Assembly: GCA_025054615.1 (NCBI GenBank)
Contig: JANWZO010000009.1
Span: 25,117-89,116 of the forward strand
From: Kiritimatiellia bacterium
Lineage (GTDB): Bacteria; Verrucomicrobiota; Kiritimatiellia; CAIVKH01
Length of the DNA stretch: 64,000 nt
Reading direction: 5' to 3'
Positions 8,808 to 18,897 of the stretch are shown piece after piece. The position numbers were made by a program, and so were the translations under genes. Position 1 is the first letter of the stretch, and every line of letters begins with the position of its first letter. The notes beneath the pieces are model-generated. The model did no database searches. It saw only the letters and a program-made list of their open reading frames with translations, and was not told the DNA's origin.

Positions 8808-10664
8808 TTAGCTTCGCGTTGCTGGCCCATCGATGGACGATGGTTTCGAGTGACGGAGCAACAGCACGGCCTCGGAGATCATCCAGCACTCGAGCGCAAG
8901 TGTCACAGAGCCGATGCCGACGAGTATCCATTGCCGTGAAGCGATCCAGCTTGGCGCCTCCGCGGTGCCGACGAATAGCTGGATGAACATCGCCCAAAAT
9001 GGCATGGCCAGCATGAATATGGCTGGCCCGATCACGAACCACGTCGGCAGCCCTGTGCGACGAAGGTAAAACAGAACCACCAAGAAGGCCAAACCTCCCA
9101 GAAGCTGATTCATTGCCCCGAACATGGGCCAGAGCACCATGCCTCCGCTGCCGGCCGTTGCCCATGACCACGGGCGGCCGGGGAGGGGGAAGGCGGCGAT
9201 CAACCCGGCGCTGGCGATGGCCAGCATCGAAGCGCCATGACGGTTCATTAGGAACTGAGACACCAAGCGCGATATCGTAAAACGCGGGGCCGTCCCACCT
9301 GCAGCGGCGCTTTTGGCCAGTTCCTGGATCACATATCGCTGAAGACGGCAGGCTGTGTCCATGGTCGTCCCCGCAAATGAGGCAACCAGAACGCCCATGA
9401 GGGCGACGGATGCCTCTCGCGGAAGGCCCAGCGCTCCCAGAAAGTTGGCGGCCCCTTGGACGAAGGCACCCACCTTCGCCCCCAGACCGGCAAGCGCCGT
9501 CCAAGAGGCATATAGCGAATTCCATGCTTCCGCGCCGGCCAGCATTTCTCCGGATGCGCTCCGGATGCCAAGGCTGACACCGGCGCCGCAGGCCATTATT
9601 ACCAAAACGGCAAGAAACCCCTCTAACAGCATGCTGCCGTAGCCCACTGCGGTCGCGTCGGTTTCTCGGGCAAGCTGTTTGCTGCTGGTGCCGCTGCTGA
9701 CCAGGCAGTGGAAGCCGCTGATTGCGCCGCAAGCGACGGTGATGAACAGAAACGGAATCATGTCCGGCGCACCGGCAGGCCGCCATTGAATGGGCGGTGC
9801 GGCCATTTCCAAGGGCGGACGGACGCCGCCCTCCAGCGTAGCTCCGCCCCAGAAGGCGGCAGCCACCAACCCTGCTGCAATGAGGCCCAAGGCAGAAATC
9901 AGTTGGAGCGAATTGATGTAATCGCGAGGCTGAAGAAGGATCCAGACCGGCAACACGGAAGCGGCGTAGGAGTATACGAGGAGAAAAATGACCCACTCGA
10001 TATTGGCCAGAGCGGCCAATTTTATGTTGAACGCGTGGAGAGGACCCCAATCGCCCCAAAACACGGACGCATACATCAGGAGCAACGCAACCGCGGAGGG
10101 GATGAACAACCCGCGGTTTTGGCGGTGCAGCCACTTGCCGATGGCCATGGCCAGCGGAATCTGGATCAAACAGGGGAAGATCGAGGCAGGAAACTGGCGG
10201 AACACCGCCGCGATGACGAGGCCGAAGACCGCCAGCACAATAGTGAGCGAAAGAAATAAGATCAGCAAAAAGAGCAGGCGAACGCGCCGATTCAGGAACC
10301 GACCTGCAAGATCCCCAACCGTTTGGCCATCATTCCTTAGGCTGACGACCAGCGTTCCCAAATCGTGAACCGCGCCGATGAAGATGGAACCAAGAACGAC
10401 CCACAAAAGGGCGGGAACCCAACCCCATAAAATCGCGATGGCGGGGCCGACGATGGGGCCCGTGCCGGCGATGGAGGTGAAATGATGCCCGAAGACAATC
10501 GATTTGGGAGTGGGCACGTAATCCTTGTCGTCCCGGAAGCGAATTGACGGGCAAACCGCGCTTGCCGAGAGGCGAAAAATTTTACGGCCCAACCATCGAC
10601 CATAGCCCGCGTAGGCCGCTACGAAGGCAATGGCGGAGCCAAAAGCGATTATCAACGCATCCAT
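8808..10664 (-). CDS. cstA: Carbon starvation protein CstA family transporter
   Basis: VFGHHFTSIAGTGPIVGPAIAILWGWVPALLWVVLGSIFIGAVHD is the CstA N-terminal signature. The 618-aa protein is polytopic. Confidence 0.9.
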   Translation of the reverse strand: MDALIIAFGSAIAFVAAYAGYGRWLGRKIFRLSASAVCPSIRFRDDKDYVPTPKSIVFGHHFTSIAGTGPIVGPAIAILWGWVPALLWVVLGSIFIGAVHDLGTLVVSLRNDGQTVGDLAGRFLNRRVRLLFLLILFLSLTIVLAVFGLVIAAVFRQFPASIFPCLIQIPLAMAIGKWLHRQNRGLFIPSAVALLLMYASVFWGDWGPLHAFNIKLAALANIEWVIFLLVYSYAASVLPVWILLQPRDYINSLQLISALGLIAAGLVAAAFWGGATLEGGVRPPLEMAAPPIQWRPAGAPDMIPFLFITVACGAISGFHCLVSSGTSSKQLARETDATAVGYGSMLLEGFLAVLVIMACGAGVSLGIRSASGEMLAGAEAWNSLYASWTALAGLGAKVGAFVQGAANFLGALGLPREASVALMGVLVASFAGTTMDTACRLQRYVIQELAKSAAAGGTAPRFTISRLVSQFLMNRHGASMLAIASAGLIAAFPLPGRPWSWATAGSGGMVLWPMFGAMNQLLGGLAFLVVLFYLRRTGLPTWFVIGPAIFMLAMPFWAMFIQLFVGTAEAPSWIASRQWILVGIGSVTLALECWMISEAVLLLRHSKPSSIDGPATRS

Positions 10665-10778
10665 CGAACAAAAGTGACAAGGAAATCAAGGTTAGTAATG
10701 CCGGGATTGATATCGTTTGGTTTGAAGAATTGTCCAGTCCTTTGAATTCCTTTTGCGTTCAACTTCCAAATTTCCGGG

Positions 10779-10790
10779 TGGGAATTCCCA
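10779..10790. promoter_or_regulatory. Perfect 12-bp palindrome TGGGAATTCCCA in the divergent cstA / giant membrane protein intergenic region (candidate operator)
   Basis: Read directly from the sequence. It lies in an AT-richer 189-bp divergent promoter region, 64 nt upstream of the ATG at 10854. Confidence 0.25.
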
Positions 10791-10853
10791 GCTCTGAGGT
10801 AAAATGGGAGGTTGAAAGCGGATTGTGGTTTGGTGTACTAGCGGGCTGACCGT

Positions 10854-13800
10854 ATGGAAAAGGCATTTACCACGCTCAATCGTTCCGCAATTTGCATCGG
10901 TCTAGCCCTGGCAGCCGGTGCATTTTTGCTTTATTCGGCCACGCTCAGCGAAGGTTTCTACCCCGGACCGCTGACCGAATTGATCGCCGGTCGACTCGGC
11001 GTTTCACCGTTCCGTTCGACCATGCACTCGCTCTGGGGCTTCCTGATCGAGGGCCTTGCCCGGCTGCCGATCGGGCCGTTGGCCGTGCGAATCCATTTGG
11101 TCGGCGCGCTATTCGCGGCGGTTTCAATCGGGTTGCTGTTCTCAATCATGTACCGGTTGCGCCGAAAGGCCTTGTTCGAGCAGGGCATACCGCCAGAAAT
11201 TGCCGCCCGGGTTCGTGTTTTTACCGCAGTCACGGCGGCGCTCGTTTTGATGGTGTCGATTCCCTTCTGGTTTGCCGCGACGACATCGCATCCGCTCATG
11301 TTGAGCCTGATGCTGATGTTGCTCTCGTTTGATTTGCTCATGCGTTATTTTGAGGGGGGGCGCCGATTACTGTTGTATCTCGCTGTGCTCTTCTACGCGC
11401 TTGGGATGGGGAATTTCGCCTCACTGGTCCTTTATCTGCCCATTTTTGGTTTGTTTTTGCTCCTCGCGCTCTATCAACACGGTGAATTGACGTGGAAGCG
11501 AACCGTGCAGTTGATCGTTGTGGGGCTGCTGGGTGCGGTTCCCCTGCTGGTAGATGCCGCCATCTATCGGGAAACGCCGGCTTACGAGTGGCGCGAGTTC
11601 AAAGGGTACTGGCAAGTACTGCATTTTATGCTGCTGGACCAGTATCTTTCTATCTTGAAGGCCGTTCCGCGGGTTGGATGGCTGACAGTCTTCGTTGCTG
11701 CGATTCTTCCGTGGGTGGGTGTATTTCTCTTCGGAGTGGGCCGGAAATCGGCGTCGGCGGGCCGAGGGTTCGGAGATTTTCTGCTGGCCTTGTTGCTGAC
11801 CGTGTTGAGCGTGGTTCTGCTGCTCGACTTCAAGATCTCTCCTTGGGCTCTGACAGGTGCGCAGCCGCTTCTCGTGGTCCCGTATGTGTTCATCGCGATG
11901 TGGGCCGCCACGCTCGCGGGCTATTGGCTGGCATTACTGCAGCGGCACAAGGGACTCGGCCAAGCCGCCGGATGGGCCTGGGCAGGTATCGTCTTTGCGT
12001 TCATCGGTTTCGTCGGAGTTCGGAACCACGCCTATGCCGCAGGTTCCGGCGGGCAAGTTTTTGCGAATTATGCGCGGGCTGTGGCGGATCGGCTCGACGA
12101 TCGGCCGATGATTGTGTCGGCGAGCTCGTTCGACACTTTAGTCCAGTTGGAATTGTTCAGCCGCGGAGAATCGAGGACGTTTATCAGTCTTCAAGGGACT
12201 GGATCTCTTGCCTACCGCAGGTACGTGGCCAGCTTATTTGACGATCCGAGGCTGAAAAGTCTGGCCACCATTTCGTTTCAGCCATTTTTGGTAGAATGGT
12301 TTTTGAGCGACACGAATCTCCTTGATCGCCTGGCCATCATCGATCATGCAGATTTGTGGATGGCGGCGGGATGTGTCGGGGTTCCACACGGTCCGGTCTA
12401 CCTTCCACTCCGCCCTGATGAGACGCCCAACGTAGACGACCTGTTGTCCGACAACCGGAAGTTTTGGGCGGAATTTGCGAGACCGGCAGCGGAGAAGAGC
12501 TGGTCGGATCGGCATCCGGCGTCGGCTGCCGTTCGGGCGATGCTCGCGCAGACAGCGAAGGCCGCGAATAACCTTGGCGTTTTGCTCGAGGACCTTGGCC
12601 GCGCGACGGATGCAGAGGAGGCATACCGAGCCGCTTCGAATTTCAACACGAATAATGTCAGCGCGATGGTCAACCTTCACGCGTTACTGCAGCGCCAAGG
12701 TCGTGAGGAAGCAGCCGAGCTCGAAAAGCGACTCGAGTCCGTTATTTCGCGCGCCGCGGTGCGTCAACAATTGTGGGCCCTATCATACCACCAGGGAATC
12801 ATCCGGAGCCCACAAATTTACGCCGGTCGTGGTTGGGCGTGGGCATTGTCCGGCAAACCGGCTCTGGCCGCCGCCGATTTGCGAAAGGCGATTGAACTGG
12901 GCGGGGACAACGCCGGCTTGAAAATGGCCATTTCGGCACTCGAATCAGACGAGGACCTTGGGGAAGTCTCCGAAGAGCTTTTGAAACTGGAATTGGACCG
13001 CGATCCGACGAACGTGCGAGCAGCACTGGGGCTATACCGCCTGTCAGTACGGAGCGGCCGATTCGAGGAGGCGCGTGGACGGCTCGAAGCGCTTCGGAGC
13101 CTGTCCATCCCCGAGGATTTCCTCCGGACAGAAGAAGCCCTCTTGGAGGCTGCTCTGGGTAATGTGGACCGTGCCCTGGCGACCTTGGCGGATGTCGTTC
13201 GTCGAAACCCCGAAAATCTGCGCGCTTGGGCCTCGCTTGCCATTCTGGCCGGCGAGCGAAGCGATTCCAAAATGGTGCGCGAGGCGCTGGAGCGGATCCA
13301 GCAGGCCTCCGCTGCCTCGCCGTTGATTCGTTATCTGGCCGCGCGGGCCGCGCTACGGGAGGGTGACCGCGAGGGCGCGCGTCGTTTGCTGGAGCTGGCC
13401 CTGCGCACAGATCCCAACTACGTTCCGGCCTTGGAATGGATGGTTCGAATCTTGATGAGCGAAGGGGACCGTCAGGGAGCAGAGGCCATGGTGGATCGGC
13501 TTATCACGGTGAGCCCTCGAAATGCGTTCGGCAACTACATGCTGGGTGTGTTTCAGGCCCTGCGTGGTCAATATCAACTGGCGGAGTCATCCTATCGTGT
13601 GAGTCTGGAGGTCGTTCGCTTGCCGGAGGCTTTGAATGATCTGGCGTACGTCCTGGCGCGGCAGAATCGCATAGAGGAGGCCCTCCCGTTGATTGAGGAA
13701 TGCCTCAAGATGTCGGACCTGCAGGGCGCGGCGTGGTCCACCTATGGATATGCTCTGCTTTCGGCGGGTCGCCTTGAAGAGGCGGAAGACGCGCTGATGA

Positions 13801-13988
13801 AAGCTGCGGCCTATAATGAGGGGCACCCCGAACTCCAGTTCCAAATCGCTCGGCTCTATGAAAAGACGGGGCGAAAGGAGGAGGCGCGGAAAATCGCTGA
13901 AGACCTTACTTCCCGATCGGCCGAGCTTCTCAAGGAGGATCAGGAAGAGCTCCGTGAAATGCTCCGGCGCCTTCGCGACCAGAGCTGA
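10854..13988 (+). CDS. Large polytopic membrane protein (about 10-11 TM helices, DUF2723/GT-C-like) with a long C-terminal TPR array
   Basis: The N-terminal ~400 aa are a run of hydrophobic helices. The C-terminal ~500 aa are repeated TPR-like units (AEEAYRAASNF.., NLRAWASLAIL.., YVPALEWMVRIL.., AFGNYMLGVFQ.., AWSTYGYALLS..). The family assignment is by resemblance only. Confidence 0.55.
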   Translation: MEKAFTTLNRSAICIGLALAAGAFLLYSATLSEGFYPGPLTELIAGRLGVSPFRSTMHSLWGFLIEGLARLPIGPLAVRIHLVGALFAAVSIGLLFSIMYRLRRKALFEQGIPPEIAARVRVFTAVTAALVLMVSIPFWFAATTSHPLMLSLMLMLLSFDLLMRYFEGGRRLLLYLAVLFYALGMGNFASLVLYLPIFGLFLLLALYQHGELTWKRTVQLIVVGLLGAVPLLVDAAIYRETPAYEWREFKGYWQVLHFMLLDQYLSILKAVPRVGWLTVFVAAILPWVGVFLFGVGRKSASAGRGFGDFLLALLLTVLSVVLLLDFKISPWALTGAQPLLVVPYVFIAMWAATLAGYWLALLQRHKGLGQAAGWAWAGIVFAFIGFVGVRNHAYAAGSGGQVFANYARAVADRLDDRPMIVSASSFDTLVQLELFSRGESRTFISLQGTGSLAYRRYVASLFDDPRLKSLATISFQPFLVEWFLSDTNLLDRLAIIDHADLWMAAGCVGVPHGPVYLPLRPDETPNVDDLLSDNRKFWAEFARPAAEKSWSDRHPASAAVRAMLAQTAKAANNLGVLLEDLGRATDAEEAYRAASNFNTNNVSAMVNLHALLQRQGREEAAELEKRLESVISRAAVRQQLWALSYHQGIIRSPQIYAGRGWAWALSGKPALAAADLRKAIELGGDNAGLKMAISALESDEDLGEVSEELLKLELDRDPTNVRAALGLYRLSVRSGRFEEARGRLEALRSLSIPEDFLRTEEALLEAALGNVDRALATLADVVRRNPENLRAWASLAILAGERSDSKMVREALERIQQASAASPLIRYLAARAALREGDREGARRLLELALRTDPNYVPALEWMVRILMSEGDRQGAEAMVDRLITVSPRNAFGNYMLGVFQALRGQYQLAESSYRVSLEVVRLPEALNDLAYVLARQNRIEEALPLIEECLKMSDLQGAAWSTYGYALLSAGRLEEAEDALMKAAAYNEGHPELQFQIARLYEKTGRKEEARKIAEDLTSRSAELLKEDQEELREMLRRLRDQS

Positions 13989-13996
13989 ACGGCGCC

Positions 13997-14980
13997 ATGA
14001 ATGGATCTATCGGTCCGCTCTTCTTCTTCCCCATCTACCGAGATTATCTTTGGGGCGGCGATCGAATCGCCAAACGCTACAGGCGGAGCATTCCGCAAAA
14101 TCGATGCGCGGAATCATGGGAGATATCCGCCCGTCCCGAGGGGCCCAGCGTGGTGGAGATGGGGCCCCTTGCAGGCGCTCGCCTGACGGAGTTGGTAAAC
14201 CAATATCCTTCTGCCCTTATGGGTGAAGCACATCAGGCCGCTTTCCCGCTTCTCATCAAATTGATTGACGCGCGCGAAACTCTCAGTGTGCAGGTACATC
14301 CCAATCAAACGACCGCGCTGCGAAGCGGGGGCGAGCCAAAGACGGAAATGTGGTACGTCCTCGATGCGGATCCCGGCGCCGCGGTATACTTGGGTTTTCA
14401 AGAGGGAGTAACCCGCCGGGAGATCGAAGCTGCGGCACGGGCTGGCACGGTCGATCAACTTTTGGTCCGCCGCCCGGTTTCTGCTGGCGAGGCCATATTT
14501 GTGCCCGGCGGCTGTGTGCATGCGATCGGCGCCGGATGTCTAATGTTCGAGTGCCAGCAGAGTTCGAACACGACCTTTCGCCTGTTCGATTGGAATCGGA
14601 TGGGGCGGGACGGCCGTCCACGTGAATTGCACGTGGAGAGGGCTCTCGAGGCGATCGATTGGGGCGGACAAACTCTGGCGGCTGGGCGGCCTGCGTCCGA
14701 ATCTTTAGGGGCCGGCGGTGTTGAAGACCTCGTTCAGTGCGATTACTTTCGCGTACGTCGGATTCGATTTGAAGAATCGTTCAAGGTTGATGCGGACCCA
14801 CCGCGATTCCAAATACTGTTCATGGCCGAGGGCGAGGCCGAGCTTCTCTGGAATGACGGGACAGTGCCGATCCCCTTTGGCCGCACGGTTCTGTTGCCGG
14901 CCGAGATCCGGGAAGCGCTCGTCCACCCCAGCGGCAGGCCCGCCACGGCGCTGCTGGTCGATGTGCCCTTATCCGCTTGA
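13997..14980 (+). CDS. manA: Mannose-6-phosphate isomerase, class I
   Basis: PIYRDYLWGG, ESWEIS, LIKLIDARETLSVQVHPN, TEMWYVL and FVPGGCVHAIGAGCLMFECQQSSNTTFRLFDWNR. Confidence 0.85.
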   Translation: MNGSIGPLFFFPIYRDYLWGGDRIAKRYRRSIPQNRCAESWEISARPEGPSVVEMGPLAGARLTELVNQYPSALMGEAHQAAFPLLIKLIDARETLSVQVHPNQTTALRSGGEPKTEMWYVLDADPGAAVYLGFQEGVTRREIEAAARAGTVDQLLVRRPVSAGEAIFVPGGCVHAIGAGCLMFECQQSSNTTFRLFDWNRMGRDGRPRELHVERALEAIDWGGQTLAAGRPASESLGAGGVEDLVQCDYFRVRRIRFEESFKVDADPPRFQILFMAEGEAELLWNDGTVPIPFGRTVLLPAEIREALVHPSGRPATALLVDVPLSA

Positions 14981-15072
14981 ACTGCGGCCTGATGACCATT
15001 TCGTTTAGGCATGGCTTGCAAAGCCCGCGCATCCCCGGCTATGTTCCACCCATCTATAGGAGCGATTTAGAC

Positions 15073-15573
15073 ATGAAAAAATTTCTGATCCTGCTGTTGT
15101 GCGCGGCGGCATTTGCGCCCTCCGTACGGGCGGAATCTAGCCTCGGTTTCGGGCTGCGGTATTTTCAGATGACGGACAGTCTGCCCAAACCCTTCAAGGA
15201 CAGGGGGGGAGGCGGATTCATCAATTGGCGGACATATTTCACCGACTGGTTCGGCGCCATGGCTGAGGTGGATGTTTACGTCGATGGGTTCGCGGGTACG
15301 CGGAACGAAGTGCTGTCTCCCCAGGCCTTTTTGGTTCTCGGACGACCCGTTTATGCAGCCGTGGGAGGCGGCTACCTTTTCTGTGACGGCGATCTTTCCG
15401 ACGACCCGTTTCTCGCGCTGCGCCTCGGAGCCCAGGGCCCTCTGACAACCTGGTTCATGTATGATATCAGCGTGTCGTATGAATTCGCCGAGTGGAGCGG
15501 CGTGAACGACGTGGACGACAGATTTGAAAGCGACACGGTGGTAATCGGGGCCGGATTGCGAGTACTGTTCTAG
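15073..15573 (+). CDS. Small outer-membrane beta-barrel protein (signal peptide, C-terminal Phe)
   Basis: MKKFLILLLCAAAFAPSVRAESS is a signal peptide. The body has an alternating-hydrophobic pattern and ends GAGLRVLF, with the terminal aromatic typical of OMPs. The ORF is open from 14977. Confidence 0.6.
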   Translation: MKKFLILLLCAAAFAPSVRAESSLGFGLRYFQMTDSLPKPFKDRGGGGFINWRTYFTDWFGAMAEVDVYVDGFAGTRNEVLSPQAFLVLGRPVYAAVGGGYLFCDGDLSDDPFLALRLGAQGPLTTWFMYDISVSYEFAEWSGVNDVDDRFESDTVVIGAGLRVLF

Positions 15574-15594
15574 CGAGGCGGTCCCGCTCGCCCG

Positions 15595-18500
15595 ATGTTT
15601 CGGCCCGTCTCGAACAAGGTCCATTTCCCCTCGCTTGAGGAGGAAATCCTCAGATTTTGGGAAACCGGCCGAATTTTTGAACGTTCTCTCGAACAGCGCC
15701 GCGGCGCGAAAGAGTATGTCTTCTATGACGGGCCCCCCTTCGCCACGGGGCTCCCGCATTACGGCCACCTCCTCGCCGGGACGATCAAGGATATTGTCCC
15801 GCGCTATCACACCATGCGCGGGTTCTACGTCGAGCGCCGTTTTGGGTGGGATTGCCACGGGCTCCCGATCGAGGCGCTGGCCCAGGAGCACCTGGGTCTC
15901 GCCGGCACGGCGGCGATCCGCGAACGAGGTGTCGACGTTTTCAATGAAACGTGCCGCTCACTCGTCCTTCGCTACGTCTCCGAGTGGCGAAAGACCGTGA
16001 CGCGGATGGGGCGCTGGGTCGACTTCGACAACGATTACAAGACGATGGACCTCTCCTACATGGAGTCCATCTGGTGGGTTTTCAAACAGCTTTGGGACAA
16101 GGGCAGGGTGTACCGGTCCTATCGGATCATGCCCTACAGTTGGAAGCTCACGACACCGTTGTCGAATTTCGAGGCCGGAAACAATTACCAGGATGTGCAG
16201 GACCCGTCGATCACGGTCCGATTGAGAATTCCTGGCGAGGAACTCGCGCGACGAGGATTCCATGGAGAATGGTATTTCCTTATCTGGACGACAACCCCCT
16301 GGACGTTGCCCGCGAACCTCGCCGTTTGCGTAGGGCCCGACCTGGACTATGTCGCGGTCCGGGACAAAAAAGAGGGGGTCGTTTACATCCTCGCGGAGGC
16401 TCGACTCGGCGCCTACTACAAGACCCCAAGCGACTATGAAGTCGTTGCCCGATTCAAGGGCGCCGATCTTAAGGGGTGGCGGTATACGCCGTTATTTCCT
16501 TATTTGGAGGGGCAACCTCGCGCGTTTGTCGTGCTGGCCGACTCTTTCGTATCCACAGAAGACGGCACGGGTATTGTCCATATTGCGCCCGCGTACGGCG
16601 AGGATGACTTCCGGGTTGGGCGGGATGCGGGCATTCCGCCGATCGATCTGTTGGACGAAAACGCCGCGTTCACGGCGCGCGTTCCGGAGTACGCCGGCCA
16701 ATTTTGCAAGGACGCCGACAAGGCCATCATCCGGCGTCTGAAAGAGGAAGGCAAACTCGTTCACCACTCAACCATCGTCCACAGCTACCCGTTTTGCGAA
16801 CGGACGGACACGCCGCTTATCTATCGCGCCATCGAAGCGTGGTATGTCCGCGTCGAGGATCTGCGCGAACAGCTTGTCGCCAACAATGCCACCGTTCACT
16901 GGATGCCAGAGGCCATCGGCGAAAAACGTTTCGGAAACTGGTTGCGTGAGGCGAAAGACTGGAACATCAGCCGAAACCGTTTCTGGGGATCCTGCATTCC
17001 GGTTTGGATCAATGTTGAGGACAAGGACGACATGATTTGTGTCGGGTCGATCGCCGAGCTGGAAGCGTTGTCCGGCCAGCGGGTGACAGACCTCCACAAA
17101 CACATCGTCGACCGCATCGAAATTATCCGCAACGGCAAACGCTACCGGCGTACGCCCGAGGTGCTGGACTGCTGGTTCGAAAGTGGTGCGATGCCGTACG
17201 CCCAAATGCACTACCCGTTCGAAAACAAGGAGCGTTTTGAGAAAAATTTCCCCGCCGATTTTATTGCCGAGGGACTCGACCAAACGCGCGGCTGGTTTTA
17301 CACGCTGATGGTCCTGTCCACGGCCCTGTTTGGCCGCGCCGCCTACAAGAACGTCGTGGTCAACGGCCTCGTCCTCGCGGAGGACGGCCGCAAAATGAGC
17401 AAGAGGCTGAAGAATTATCCCGACCCGCAGTACATCCTTGACACCTACGGCGCGGACGCCCTGCGCCTCTACATGATCAATTCCCCGATCGTTCGCGCCG
17501 ACGACCTACGTTTCTCCGAAGAAGGCGTCAAACAGTCGCTCCGCCACCTCCTCATTCCCTGGTGGAATGCGTTCAGTTTCTTTGTGACGTATGCCCGGCT
17601 TGACGGCTGGACACCCCGCGACGCGATTGCGGGTTCATCCATCAATCTGCTGGACCGATGGATTCTTTCGAGCCTCGAACGTCTGAACGCCGATGTGGTA
17701 GAGGCGATGGACCGGTACGACCTCCAGCGGGCGGTGCGCCCGTTTGTGGACTTCATCGAGGCGCTCACCAACTGGTATATCCGCCGTAGCCGCCGCCGTT
17801 TTTGGAAATCCGACAACGACGCTGACAAGCAGGCAGCCTACACCACGCTGTACGAGGTGCTGATGCGGCTGAGCCGAATCGCGGCGCCATTTGTGCCGTT
17901 TATCAGTGAAGCCATCTATTGCCATCTCCGCACGCCTGAGCTGCCCGAGTCGGTTCACCTCTGCGATTACCCTCTGCCCGAACCGTCCCGCCGGGACCTC
18001 GCGCTGGAAGAGCAGATGGCGGACGTGCTCCGCGTTGTCGAACTTGCGCGGTCCATCCGCACACAGCACGACCTGAAAATTCGACAGCCGTTGCGCCGCA
18101 TGCGCGTGGTGTGTCACGACCCCGCCAAGTTGGCTCGCGTCGAAGCCCTCGCAGACGTGCTGGCGGACGAATTGAATGTTCGAGAGGTCCTCTTCAGCGC
18201 GCACGAGTCCGATCTGGCCGACCTGTCCGCCAAGCCTGATTTCAAGAAACTTGGGCCGAAGTTGGGATCCCGCATGAGAAAAGTAGCCGAAGCCATTCGC
18301 AGCCTCTCCGCGGAGCAGGTCGAACAGTTATTGGAGGACGTCCCGCTGATCCTGACCGTTGAGGGGGAGCCATTCGAGCTGACTAAGAGCGACATCCTCG
18401 TCGAGCGGAAACCGCGCCCCAACCTGGCGGTTGCGGCCGATGCGGAGTTCGCCGTTGCGCTCGACACGGCGCTGGATGAGGACCTGATCCGGGAGGGATT

Positions 18501-18744
18501 GGCCCGTGAATTCGTCAACAAGGTGCAAAATTTGCGCAAGGCACTGGATTTCGACATCGCGGATCGAATCCGTGTCCGGGTTTCGGGTGATCCGGCCGTT
18601 CGGGAGTCGATCGTGGCACATCAGGCGTATATTGTGTCCGAAATTCTCGCGCTCTCGCTCGAATGGGCCGAGGGATCAATCGATGAGGGGGAGGCGGTTG
18701 AGCTCAACGGCCGCGCTTGCAAAATTTTCATAGAAAAAACGTAA
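15595..18744 (+). CDS. ileS: Isoleucyl-tRNA synthetase, type 2 (eukaryote-like)
   Basis: YDGPPFATGLPHYGHLL (HIGH region of the type-2 form), the KMSKRLKN motif and a length of 1049 aa. Confidence 0.95.
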   Translation: MFRPVSNKVHFPSLEEEILRFWETGRIFERSLEQRRGAKEYVFYDGPPFATGLPHYGHLLAGTIKDIVPRYHTMRGFYVERRFGWDCHGLPIEALAQEHLGLAGTAAIRERGVDVFNETCRSLVLRYVSEWRKTVTRMGRWVDFDNDYKTMDLSYMESIWWVFKQLWDKGRVYRSYRIMPYSWKLTTPLSNFEAGNNYQDVQDPSITVRLRIPGEELARRGFHGEWYFLIWTTTPWTLPANLAVCVGPDLDYVAVRDKKEGVVYILAEARLGAYYKTPSDYEVVARFKGADLKGWRYTPLFPYLEGQPRAFVVLADSFVSTEDGTGIVHIAPAYGEDDFRVGRDAGIPPIDLLDENAAFTARVPEYAGQFCKDADKAIIRRLKEEGKLVHHSTIVHSYPFCERTDTPLIYRAIEAWYVRVEDLREQLVANNATVHWMPEAIGEKRFGNWLREAKDWNISRNRFWGSCIPVWINVEDKDDMICVGSIAELEALSGQRVTDLHKHIVDRIEIIRNGKRYRRTPEVLDCWFESGAMPYAQMHYPFENKERFEKNFPADFIAEGLDQTRGWFYTLMVLSTALFGRAAYKNVVVNGLVLAEDGRKMSKRLKNYPDPQYILDTYGADALRLYMINSPIVRADDLRFSEEGVKQSLRHLLIPWWNAFSFFVTYARLDGWTPRDAIAGSSINLLDRWILSSLERLNADVVEAMDRYDLQRAVRPFVDFIEALTNWYIRRSRRRFWKSDNDADKQAAYTTLYEVLMRLSRIAAPFVPFISEAIYCHLRTPELPESVHLCDYPLPEPSRRDLALEEQMADVLRVVELARSIRTQHDLKIRQPLRRMRVVCHDPAKLARVEALADVLADELNVREVLFSAHESDLADLSAKPDFKKLGPKLGSRMRKVAEAIRSLSAEQVEQLLEDVPLILTVEGEPFELTKSDILVERKPRPNLAVAADAEFAVALDTALDEDLIREGLAREFVNKVQNLRKALDFDIADRIRVRVSGDPAVRESIVAHQAYIVSEILALSLEWAEGSIDEGEAVELNGRACKIFIEKT

Positions 18745-18897
18745 GGACCTTGAGATGGCCGTCTAGAACTGATGTTTGTGCTGGATTTTTGGTGCGAATA
18801 TAGCAGATTGATCAATGTACGTCAGGGCCTTGGGTCGCGGGTCCCGGCGTGATGGAGAAGAAAAGCGACGCAACTGCAGTGAGAGGCAAGGAAAGTA

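Noticed and set aside
8260-10134. 624-aa minus-strand ORF overlapping the receiver gene and cstA
   Set aside because: It is out of frame with the clearly recognisable CstA protein on the same strand. Its translation is Arg/Pro/Gly-rich and low in complexity (RRRC.., GRRPSALGNGR..), typical of a shadow ORF in high-GC DNA.
15067-15891. 274-aa minus-strand ORF spanning the OMP gene and the ileS start
   Set aside because: It crosses an intergenic region and two well-supported plus-strand genes, and no motifs are recognised.
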